Shown piece by piece: positions 13,586 through 24,643 of a stretch of 64,000 bases of DNA. The notes under the pieces were generated by a model. That model saw nothing but the letters and a program-made list of their open reading frames with translations. It searched no databases and was not told where the DNA came from. A program made the translations under genes and the position numbers. Numbering within the stretch: position 1 is the stretch's first letter; the number at the start of each line of letters is the position of its first letter. The stretch lies in the NCBI RefSeq assembly GCF_009914755.1, contig NC_060927.1; one strand, written 5' to 3'. This stretch comes from the human T2T-CHM13v2.0 reference genome, Homo sapiens.

Positions 13586-15488
13586 TTAGGTTCCAGTTCA
13601 TTCCAAAGAAGGTTTAAGGCAATTTCACAAGTAATATGCATTCAATAAGTAAATGAATCAAAAAGTCATTATTTAGACTAACCTCTGGTAAACTTATTCC
13701 CAAGGGACCAGCCTAAGTATATGTTAGTGACTACCACTTAACATGTTCCACTGCTGTTACCCAATAGTTCATAAGCTTGTTAATAAAATTCTTTTCTTTT
13801 TCTTTTAACCCTATAGGCAACCTGGATTCTATCAACTGTATAAGAATGAAACTGAACAGCAGAAAATCACTTTTGGGTGATTTTAAAAATGGTTATACAT
13901 AACCAAAAATGTAAGGGTGAGCTTGAAAAATAAGTGTAATATAATACACTTAAGACACATTTAAATTTTGTAGCTTAAATGACAAAATTGAAATTACCAT
14001 CTTCATACAGACAAAAATGAACCATCAAACCACAGTGTTTATCTTTCAGCACATAAATTATTTCTAATTGCTATAATAAATGTGCTTTCATTTTTTGCAT
14101 TGTGTGTGTGTGTGTGTCCCTAAAGCATAACCCTCTAACACTGCAGCTTACTATAATATTTCAAATGCAATAACATAGATAACAATGACATTTAACTTCT
14201 AAATCACTTTTACAGTTTATATTATGGAAAAAATTACTTATCATGTAAGTGGCTTAAAATTCTTAGTAACACCTATCATAATGATATTAATTATCCAACA
14301 ACATATAAAAAGCAGTATTTCAGTTTTATCCTCCACATACTGGTTATGCTAGGTAAATATGAAAATTTTATCCAAGATTCAAGTAACATCAACACTGACT
14401 TTTTAAAAAGTAAGTTTAGGATTTAGCAAAGACTTGTTTTTAATAATAAAATGGATAGTATTACCAAATTTTAAAGCCAAATTATCAGCAATCTCTTTTT
14501 GACAAGATCTTGTGGAAGAGTAAACTGGTAAATCCATGAAGGCATACAAGGCTACAGAAACTCAGGGCTGTTGACCTTACTCTATGCCATACCGTGGTAC
14601 TACAAATGACTGCAGAACTTGTTTCCAAGACCAAAACCTAACACAATTTATCCCTAAAATTCAGTTTGTATGTTTTAAAAATAATCTTTTTATGCTTAAG
14701 TCTCCAGCTATAAAGCAAATAAGATTAGAAAAGTATTAGAAAAATTTTCAGGAAACCCAAAATATAAGTTCCTTTGAAACAAAAACTACTCAATTTTACA
14801 AAGCCACCTTGTCTAAATCAAGTGATATTAAAGGTATAATTCATAGGAAGATAGCAAGGTTAAAAAGCAAGAAACAAAACAAAAAAGCAAAGAAAAAGAA
14901 AAAATTATGGATTCTAGAATACGGAGATAGATCCAGATTCTAACCATGGTTCCAGTACCAACGTTCTGGAAACTCTAGCAATTTAATTAAACTTTTTTTA
15001 GTTTAATAAGTAAATTTACTTATTTTCTTGATGTCTTCAGCTATAAAACAGTATTAATACTACTACCTAGAGGAAATAAAGGTTTTTAGGGCAAAACGAG
15101 ACAACATTAGGGAAGAAGAGTCCATTAGAAGTTTCTTCCATGTCTATATTTTGTTATAATGAATATCGCTTGCAAAAAGCAGGACAGTGATAAGTCTCTA
15201 AAATGCTGTGTTACACAGCAATTCTGCGGCAAATGAAAGTGATTCCTTTATCATTTCCACTTAGAAAATTAATCCTGATTTCAGAGACCTCCAAAAAGAA
15301 CAAACATTTTTCCACAATTTATATTAAAATTCTGTCAATGACTCCTTTACATATAACCTAAATTGCCTAAGCATTATGGCTCATTTGAAAGTTCTTATAT
15401 ACTTCAATCCAGAAAGCATATCCGCTTTATTCATTTCTCTATTTCTGTCCCCAGAGAAGTGCTGGAAGCACTGTGCATGAATACACTC

Positions 15489-15900
15489 CTTCATTCATTC
15501 AGCAAATATTTACTGAACCCTTACAATGTGCCAGGTACTGCGTAAGTAGTGGGGTAAAACATGACAAATGAGAGGGCCCTGCTCAGGGAGCTTATAGTCC
15601 AGTGAGGAGACAGTATTTGTCAAATAAATACAGAAATAATTAAGTTTCTATTATGATGATGCCACAAAGGAGTACAGAGTATGGTGAATACATGGCGGAA
15701 ACCTATTCTGATTTTGGGAAGGCGGGCAAGGCTCCCCTGACGAACGATATTTAAATTGAGACGTGAAAACTGACTACCAGGTGGCCACATTTAGGTAGGC
15801 GTGAGGGGAACAGTCCAAGGAGTGAGACGGAATATGTAAAGGCCACCAAGTCAGGAAGCAGCTTATGTATGTAGTAACTGAAAGGCATGGTAAATGAGAA
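15489..15900 (-). mobile_element. L2 3' fragment
   Basis: cattcattcagcaaatatttactga...tgtgccaggtactg...ccctgctcagggagcttatagtc. Confidence 0.75.
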
Positions 15901-17959
15901 AGGCTGGAGATAAGGACGGAGAGCTGGATAGGAGAAGAGATAAATTTTTAGTGTTAAACAGAGTAAGAAGGTAATAGTATTTGAATATTTAAGTCACGTT
16001 AAGTCTTCTTCTCATGTAAATAATCTAAGGGAACTAAGTCTTTACTCCAAAATATTAAAGATCTGTAGTCAGAAGATCTCGATTTTGTCTTACTCCCACC
16101 AGTTACAAGTCACTTAACCAACTTGAGCCTCTTCATTCTCTTTGTAAATATTATCTTACCTACTCAGACTACAATAATAAACAGCCCCTATTCTTACAGA
16201 CCTTACATCCTTAAGAGAAACAGACAGATGTATAATATACGGAAGACATCCCAAGTCCTCTAAGAAATAATGTCCAAAAGCTGACATAAGGCTCCTGCAA
16301 AGTTCAAAATGAGAAGAAATGCAGACACTGGTGAGCTGCAAACCACGTGTACACATAACTCTGTGAACTCCTAATTATCCAACGTGCAGAGATCTAAAGT
16401 GACAACAGTACCGCAGCATGTGACTGAAAGATGATAACAACAATACAAACATTAATCCACCATCCGAATAGAAGAAATATCAAAACTATAATTGGCCTCA
16501 GAGATAAAGAGTAGTGGCAGAAATGAACCAAGAACAAAATCTAAAACACACTGAACAAATGCATTACATTAACTAATTTCCAAAATTTCCTCATAGTTCA
16601 AAAGCTCTTTCCATAATGACAGAGTTACATGCCAAAGGTTAGAACTTATTTCATACCTCCTTCAACAAAAGGCAAATACCTACATTGTCATCTAGAAAAC
16701 AGATTAATATTCTTGCTTTACCATCACTGACTCATGTTCAGTTTACGGTCTACTTACATCACTGCACCTTTCTTAATCCAGCACAAAGTCAGTTATCACC
16801 ACATAATTTTCCATTTGTTTAACTGGGTCTTCCTTGTCTGTGTACTACATTACTTATGGTACATTATTCCTGATTTTACTTCATTCTATAGTATCATACT
16901 TTTTCTATTTTAAAAATCGTATTAATTTCCAGACCATCTTAATTTCAACCATCAGGGAAGATAATACCTCTGTTCCGAAAAAATGTTTTTCCATTAAAAA
17001 GTGAAGCACATTGTTGATAATATAGTAACTGCAGAGTACATTCAAAATTCAGCATAGTCTGATGATCAACTTATATATAAAACAGTAAGCTATGATTTAT
17101 TACATGTTAAGAGTAAGCCATGATTTATTACATGCTAACCTGTATGGATATAAAGTTATCACAAATAAATTCTGCCATCAATGAACATACTCTAACAATT
17201 CTATTAAAAACTTATCCAATAATAATAGTCATGAGCTATAACTGGTCATAATCATTATAGAGGATAAGACTTGCATAAAGGCACTACTTTCTGCAAGATA
17301 TGAACTATACGTGTACTGTTTTTTCATTCTTCAATGTAAAGTAAGAATGAATTGAAAGTCACAGTTGATGCTAAGAAAAATAAAAATATGCAAGAGCCCA
17401 ATTTTATTATTTGCAGACACACACACAAATACAGCCCAGAGTCAAGAAAATGGGGGAAAAGTAAAGTCTCAAAAAAGACGATGTTACCTCCAAGAAATGC
17501 AAAATACCTTCTTTTCTAGTAATGGGCACACTAAACTCTCCTAACGCTACATTATTTGAAAAAAGTGTAGTTTTGTGAAAGAATTCCAATCCCACTATTA
17601 TCAGTTTTACAAAATGAGAGTAAAAACAGTCCTAAGGTAGAAAAAGAAAAGAATATTCTTCTAAGGATGGGATATATTGTTTAACTGTTGTTCTCCCATC
17701 CTATTACCTACCCGTAAAAATGAACTGTGAGAGTAGAGTCTATCATTTAATACACCCCTAAAAAAAGGGGAAAAATCTGTAAAAGTTGAAACTGGCCATT
17801 TTTATTTTTTCCAAAAGGATCTTTCCTTTATTGAGGAATTTCACTCCGGTTCAAGAAACAACTTTTTATCTCACAATGGCTTCTTAGATATACTATATAA
17901 AATACATTTACTTTGTAACTTCCTCCACCCTTTTCAAAAAGCACAACCAACGTCCCTAC

Positions 17960-18090
17960 TCTAAAGCTGGACTCGAACCGAACTAGATTCAGAAAGTCTG
18001 TCCCTACGTGTGTGACCTTGGGCACGTCATATAATCCCTCGGTTTCCTCATCAGCATCCCAAAATGAAAGCGCTCTGAAAGCAGTAAAGG
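17960..18090 (+). mobile_element. MIR fragment at CpG-island edge
   Basis: tgtgtgaccttgggcacgtca...ctcggtttcctcatc. Confidence 0.6.
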
Positions 18091-18103
18091 AGTAAAAACA
18101 TAC

Positions 18104-18180
18104 CTTAGGTATGACACCTAAGAGGGTCAAGTCTTTCTGTTTAAGGCAAAATTATCTCCTTAGAGGGCCACATCATTAAA
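18104..18180 (-). other. PDCD10: Probable PDCD10 5'UTR exon (donor clear, acceptor uncertain)
   Basis: Donor AAG|GTATGT at 18104/18103; candidate acceptors TTCCAG| (start 18180) or AAACAG| (start 18136). Confidence 0.55.
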
Positions 18181-18348
18181 CTGGAACTGAATCCGTAGAC
18201 CCCAACATTTGTCTCTTCCTTCTTCCAGTGCTCCTCTTCCCTCAAAGGGCATAACCCGAGTCACCCCCAAGAGCCGACTCCCAAGCACCCTTTCCTTCCT
18301 CCTCCCTTTTCTCTTACTTACAAAGCAGGGGGAAAACAGCAGCCTCAC

Positions 18349-18457
18349 CTCTCGGTCCGAAGCCACACCTTCAAAGGACCCCACCCCAGGCACATCCGCC
18401 CTGTCCCCTCTCCCGGGGCACCAGGGGCCAACCTCGCCCTTCCCCTCCCGCCCCCAC
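18349..18457 (-). other. PDCD10: Possible additional PDCD10 5'UTR exon
   Basis: Acceptor TCTCCTCTAG| (start 18457) and donor GAG|GTGAGG (18349/18348); motif evidence only. Confidence 0.35.
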
Positions 18458-18695
18458 CTAGAGGAGACTTCCTGGAGGCGTTCGGGCCCAAGCCGGCAGG
18501 CGGCATTTACAAACCCGCTTTACGCCACTCGCGTAGGGTAACCTCGCTTACGCCCGTAGGGCCCCGCTCTCAGCCCCGTCCGCTCCGCCTGCCAGAACCA
18601 AGCCCAAGTGCCTCAGCCATGGCCCCTGCGTGACCCTAGACCTCTTCTGCTCGGTGCAGAGCTACGGGGACTGGGACAGAACAGCTACACCTTAC

Positions 18696-18790
18696 CAGCA
18701 ACTGAGGCACTGACTTCACTTCCCACCTTGCAGCCCTCTTCAACTCCCGGATCAATTCACTCCGGCGACGCCGGAAGGACCCAAGAGGAA
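18696..18790 (-). other. PDCD10: PDCD10 non-coding exon 1 (TSS approximate)
   Basis: Donor CTG|GTAAGG at 18696/18695, alternative AAG|GTGGGA at 18727; downstream of promoter motifs. Confidence 0.75.
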
Positions 18791-19612
18791 CCAGGCGTTG
18801 TCCGGAATCCTGCCCAGCCGGAGTCGTGCAGAGGCTTATGGGGACTCGTAGTCCCGCTCGCCGGCGTTGTCCGCAATTCCTGCAATCGGAAGACTACACT
18901 TCCCGGCAGGCCATGCGGGGGATCCTGAGGCGATGGGTGGTGACACTTCTAGCCAATAGTAGGAGAATTCCCTGCCTTTGCGGGAGGAGGTGAGATGAAG
19001 AGAGATGGTGCACGGAAAGGAGAGGAAGGGCGGGGCAAGCCCTCACCTGCGCCAATCAGGGTGCGGAGTAGGCCCCGCAGGCGCCTCACCCACTGAGGGG
19101 GCGGGCTGACAGAGCAGAGGAAGGAAGGGGGTGAGGGGCCCGTGGTGGGGATCCTGGGGCTGTCGGGCTGAGTATGCCGTGTGGGTGGAGAGGAAGCCTC
19201 GGGGAAATCGCCCAGGTGAAGGGAGGGCTTGGTGTGGGGACTTGCACTGGGCAGAGGGGCAGCTTCCCTGAGAGCAGCTAAGCCCCAGGCACACCGGGCA
19301 TCCGGACACACAGGTCGGGGAAGGATAGGCTGAGCCGGGGCTCCCAGCAGAGACGCCTGGGTGGGGCAGGAGGCCGCTCCAGGTGTGAGCCACAGAGGAG
19401 GGGAGAGGGACCCCCACGGGAGTGGAAGTGGCAGAGCAGCTGCAGAAGTGCAGGGAGCGGAAAGGTACCAGGGCAGCTGCTTTCCGCTGCCTCCGGTCCG
19501 GGCAGCTGCAGAAACAGCAGGGGGAGGAGCAACAGCTGCCAAATTCGCCAACTAGAGGAGGGAGAGGCGGAGCTTGGGTCCCTGTAGAAGCCAGAGGCGC
19601 AGTCTGGACTGT

Positions 19613-19713
19613 AGTTTCCCGGGAGAGACGAAAGCAGGAACGAGAGCGGAGCGGAGCACAGTCCGCCGAGCACAAGCTCCAGCATCCCGTCAGGGGTTGC
19701 AGGTGTGTGGGAG
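19613..19713 (+). other. SERPINI1: SERPINI1 (neuroserpin) non-coding exon 1, short form (TSS approximate); CDS starts beyond this window
   Basis: ...GGGGTTGCAGGTGTGTGGGAG|GTAAGC matches recalled neuroserpin 5'UTR; known synteny with PDCD10. Confidence 0.85.
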
Positions 19714-20025
19714 GTAAGCGTGGGTCCTTCTTCGGGGCGTCTGCACTGCCCTGGAGAAAACGTCTTCCAATAGGAATTACATCAAGACACAGCTAAAAGA
19801 GTCCGCGTTGGGTTAGGAAACCGGTGCAAAACCTCTCGGGTGAAAGATTTACATTTTTCGACTTTAAGGGCAAAAAAGCAAAAGGAAGCTTGACTCTGGG
19901 TATAAAGGGCGTGGTTAGTGTTTTTGGTTTGAGTTGCACCAGTAAAACTGTTCTGGGAGATCTGAAGATTGAGAAAAATCCTGCTAATTGAGGACGAGGT
20001 GGATGTTATCTGGTGGATGTTATAG
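19714..20025 (+). other. SERPINI1: SERPINI1 exon 1 extension to a distal donor
   Basis: Donor TAG|GTGCGT at 20025/20026; consistent with a recalled longer-5'UTR variant. Confidence 0.6.
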
Positions 20026-22550
20026 GTGCGTAGCCTATAAAAAGCAAAAATTTTGCTATTGATATAGAATGACTTCTGAACTATTTCACTAGGAAAATAA
20101 CTTGGCATTCTTCTTCAGTGTCTACCCTTTACGTTGGTTTATCAGATTGTCCTGCTACCGACCTGTTATCCAGGGTGGTTATTTTGCAGTTTCCTAGAAT
20201 TGCAAGAAATCCGTATTAAAGAAGCAAATGCAGGCAGGAATAGTCAGGATAGGATGGGCTCTGACTTAATCTATCAAAAGTATAACTTTTGCCAGCAATA
20301 ATGTAAAAATGAATTTTAATGAATGGATAGTTAGCTTTCTTCCCAGTGGCTCTGGAATATTGGAACAAAGACCTGGATTCAGCCTACAATGGAAACATAT
20401 GGTGTACCTCACTGCTGCTCGTTAGTTTCTCATTTGTGTCCGATAATATGTGTACATTTTAAAAACGAGTACATGGAAAGCTGTGTGGGAATCTTTTCTC
20501 TGGGTAGAGAGTATGTGCTGAAGGACTACCCTTAATATGTGTTATGATAGTGGGTTCAGTTTAAAACACATGTAGTGTCATAAAATAATAGTTTATTCTC
20601 GGTATTAAACTATATGTGCATTCAAAGCAACGTTAATTGTAATACCTATGGATGGAAATAAGTTGTAATGCTGGGTAAAGATGAAAGTCTCACCTACCTT
20701 TGTGTAATTATGACAAAATTACAGCCTTTTATTTTTAGAGAAGTAGTAAGAAGCTATTTTCCTAGTTCATTTTCATTTTGTTACAGAGGTTCCCAGATTA
20801 CATGGCTTTTAATCATAGTAGCATATTGCAGCAAATTTTGCTCTGAAATGCTTTCATTGTGACAGTTGCATATTTCAGAGTCTGTCTCAATACTTTATGT
20901 TTTTTTTTAATAACCAGGGTCAATAAAATGGAGTAATTGTCTTGTTTTCTCCTATTTCTATGCTTTCCTGAGTTCTCGGGATTTTAAATTTTATTTTTGT
21001 AATGCATCCCAAATTTCTTTTTGAAAAGAAATGGCTCAAATGAATTCTCTTCCCAGATTAAAGTTCAGTCCTACTGAGTGCTACTACCGATAAGCCTAAG
21101 TGACTTATCAGTGTGTATACTCTTCCCTCCCACACTCTCACATACCATAGAAATATATAGACAGATAGATCATAGAAAAACAGCTGCTTTTTAATTACCC
21201 CTAAGCAAATCAGCTAAGTATCAAAAACAGCAAAGAGCTTAGAAGAAAGAAAAAGCAACAGTAGCTGCTAAACTTAACCACTATAAGGATCAGGTTTTAT
21301 CTTTGCTACAGCACTGGAGAATCTATTAATTCACATAGCTGATATGGCCCTGTGAAAATGATTTTGGGGGTAAAAAAAAAAGTGGGTATTAGGGTGACAC
21401 ATGGAAAAGACTGTGTTTGCCCTTGTTATTTGTGATTAAGTGGATTGTCTTGAATCAGTCTTAGATTCTTTCTCAGACCCTACTACTAATTCATTTTGTA
21501 AAACTGAATAATTGCTGTCGCTGGGTTATTTCCCCTATGTAATAATTATAATACTACCAATGAAATTCTTTCCGAGCCTTTATTAAAAGATCTGTTTGAA
21601 AGAGTTTTATTGGGAAACAGTTAATAAGCAAGCAAATGGATAGAAGATAAATATCTAAACAGTTGAAATTAAGATATACTTTGAATCTCAGCTCTTTATA
21701 GGTCTTCTGCTCTGAGACACGGTAAAGGATAGAATCTGATTAGGAATGAATGAGTTTGTGGTATTAAAGTACTGATTTTTTTCACCTGTTTCCAAGATTT
21801 GGCTCCTTTTTACTGTGTCAGTAAAAGAGATTGGGTTTCAATATCATTTGAAAAAAGACCATGTTTTTATATGAGAGAATATCATTGGAAATATATGGCA
21901 TTTATTTTTTACCTTGCACTCTTGATTCATGTTAGTTAATATTCACATTCAATCTCAGGTAATCTGAAGATTTTTCTTGATTGGTGTTGAAAACGTTCGT
22001 TATATGGCAGTTTATAATTCTGTGTAAAATGCTACCCATGTTATAAGCATATTACTTATTTTGCTCTTTAATTTTACTATTTGTGTATGGCTATCAGTGA
22101 ATATGTATGATGAGAAAGGAAAAGCAACAGAGTGCAGAATGTCTCTCTTGAATGGAAATTGCTCTGGGGATGATTGTTCTTTAGCCAAAAACCTTGGTTA
22201 ATTTCAAATTACCATATCCTTTGGTCTTTTCTTTAGAGTTCTGATTCTAAGCCTTTTGAGTAAAAATAAGTTAGCATGGATTTCTTTTTAACAGGAAGAT
22301 TCACTGATGCATGCAGCACAAAAGAGCAAGACTTAAAGGTTCAAGATCAAATGGTTTTGGTAAAGAAGGATACAGGGGAATAGATATAAAGAAAACTACT
22401 TGAGAAACACACCTTTAGCAAAAGAGAAAAAAGATTTTATATTTTTTGTTAAATTCCTATAATCCATGATTCCATGACCTTTTCTCCCCCAGTCATTAAT
22501 TTGTAGAGGCCTGTATTCATACTGGGATACATTACTTTTCTAAGTAAAAT

Positions 22551-22761
22551 TGAATATTCAAAATCCAATGAATACCAGTCTGATTCCAGTTAAAATGGCA
22601 ATTTTTACTGGAATAAATTTTGGATGATTAACCTTCCTTTTTTATGCTTTTATAACCCATAAATATTCAAAATCTAATGAATACCAGTCTGATTCCAGTC
22701 AATTGCCATTTTAACTGGAATCAAACTGGTATTCATTAGATTTTGAATATTCATGGATTAT
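22551..22761. repeat. Local triplication: two direct copies plus one inverted copy, forming a long hairpin
   Basis: 22551-22603 is the reverse complement of 22701-22753 (2 mismatches); 22662-22699 is a direct partial copy. Confidence 0.95.
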
Positions 22762-23903
22762 TAACCATAAAAATCCTACCTGTATACACTAACTTCTAAG
22801 TGAAACATTATTTGGACAAAATATCAAAAAGTAAATACCTAAACTGATGTTTTGCCCCTTTAAAATAATAAAGGTACTTGAACCAGACACTAAGATGAGC
22901 AAGAGCCCATTTATTTAATTAAGCAAATTCCAAAGGTTAAACACTGCTTTTGGGATCAGAATTAACGTACACAAATAAGGGAGAGATTTTTTTGTTGTTT
23001 CTTTTTTTTTTTTTTTTTTAAATCTTAAACCTGTAAGAATTTAGTCTTTAAAATTTGGAAGGTGTGTTTTAAGTAACTACGTTATTAACTCTTAGAGACC
23101 ATGTACTTCTTTTCTATCTCCTGTTAGTCCTGAGCACTTTATGTCATATTCAGCATAAAGAAATTGAGTAACCAGTTACTGAATTAGAACCATTGGACAT
23201 TGGACAATACTTCTGTAATGCACACATTGAGACAGTTTGCGCTTTGATAGACAGAGTCAGCTGACCTCACAGAATGATTGCTTACACATTAGTCCTTCTG
23301 AGAATGTCTTTATGCTAGTTTGCCTTTGCAAAAGTGTTGATTGAGCACAATTGGATTCACACTGTGTGCGCTGCAAATACATTACAGATTTGAGTGCCAG
23401 CATTTCTAAATTCATCTCAGAGATAGGATATATAGGCGAGGGTAAAGGAGTCTGCAACTGGTGGCACTTAAGGTCTTAATTTCACAGACAGAAAAACCCA
23501 GGGCTCAACCACCATTTAACCTCAAGGCCCTGGAGTTATACCTTTGTTGAAGCTTATCTGTAGAAACCATATTTCATTCTATAAAAACTGAATTTGCTCT
23601 TCTGTTTTTCTAATTATTTCTTCCAAAAAAAAAATAGACTGATTTTGTTTAAGCATGTGTGGAGTTGGTCATTAGTTGTTTTTTGCATTTGACCTAGAAA
23701 CAAATTAATCTGATTGGTGTTAGAATTAAGAATCTAATGTAATTTTTACTTCATTATGATAAGACCTATACAATTCTAGTTAATTGTATATAGTTTTTTA
23801 GTAGTAAAATTAATTGTAGCACATATTTAACTATCTTCTGTTTACTTTTACCTTCATGTTGATTTATATAAATTGGCTTGCTTAGAACTGATAATTAACC
23901 TGC

Positions 23904-24222
23904 CTTTTTCTTTTTTTTTTTTTGCCGCCTTTTTTTTTTTCTGAGACAGGGTCTGACTCTGTCGCCCAGGCTGGAATGCAGTGACCTGATCATAGTTCAC
24001 TGTAACCTTGAACTCCTGGGCTCAAGCACTCCTCACACCGCAGACTCCCCAGTAGCTAAGACTACAGGCAAGAACCACCATGCTCAGCTAATTTTAACTT
24101 TTTATAGAGATAAGGGTCTCACTGTGTTGCCCAGGTTGGTCCAAACTCCTGACCTCAAACAATTCTCTCACCTTGGTCTCCCAAAGAATTGGGATTACAG
24201 GTGTGAACCACCATGCCTTGCT
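23904..24222 (-). mobile_element. AluJ
   Basis: Poly(T), gagacagggtct..., J-type aactcctgggctcaagc; highly diverged. Confidence 0.9.
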
Positions 24223-24596
24223 GATATTATTCTTAATGATTAGCACTGTGCCTTGTGTAGAGTAAACTTAGTTCATACTATCTTTCTCACCAGATACTTA
24301 GTATCTTTAGAGCTAACTCTGAGTTTCATTGACGTTTGTATTCATTTTGAGAATCCTTTTACATAGTTCATACTTGGTAAGTAGTAACAATTTGGATAAC
24401 TATTTGGCAATCTATAATGAAACATCATTTTGCAAACAAATACAACTAGAAAAATGACTTTTTCTTAGACATCTGTGTTAGTACCAAATTCAGCCCTCTG
24501 CCAACAACGGTTGCTTATATTACAGCTAAATATAAATATTGCTATCTTGTTGGATTTCTAAATGAGTAGAACAAATTTTGTTATTAACTGCAAACT

Positions 24597-24643
24597 TGCG
24601 CGCGCGCTTGTGTGCGTGTGTGTGTGCGTGCATGGGCGCATGC
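24597..24643. repeat. (GC)n/(TG)n alternating purine-pyrimidine tract
   Basis: tgcgcgcgcgcttgtgtgcgtgtgtgtgtgcgtgcatg. Confidence 0.85.

Larger units (their letters stand above)
18250..19860. promoter_or_regulatory. CpG island / PDCD10-SERPINI1 bidirectional promoter
   Basis: Sharp GC/CpG rise; ACTACA..TCCC motifs, CCAAT boxes at 18953 and 19052, GC box 19028-19035, CATGCG E-box 18912-18917, outward-facing donors on both strands; this head-to-head pair is established. Confidence 0.93.

Noticed and set aside
19156-19172. REST/RE1-like site GGGGCTGTCGGGCTGAG
   Set aside because: Half-site sequence and spacing do not fit RE1
18160-19796. Long overlapping ORFs (100-210 aa) on both strands in the CpG island
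   Set aside because: GC-rich, stop-poor sequence; Pro/Ser/Ala low-complexity translations with no recognisable domain
22551-22753. CRISPR-like or other regularly spaced array
   Set aside because: Only three copies, one inverted, no spacer periodicity; eukaryotic context
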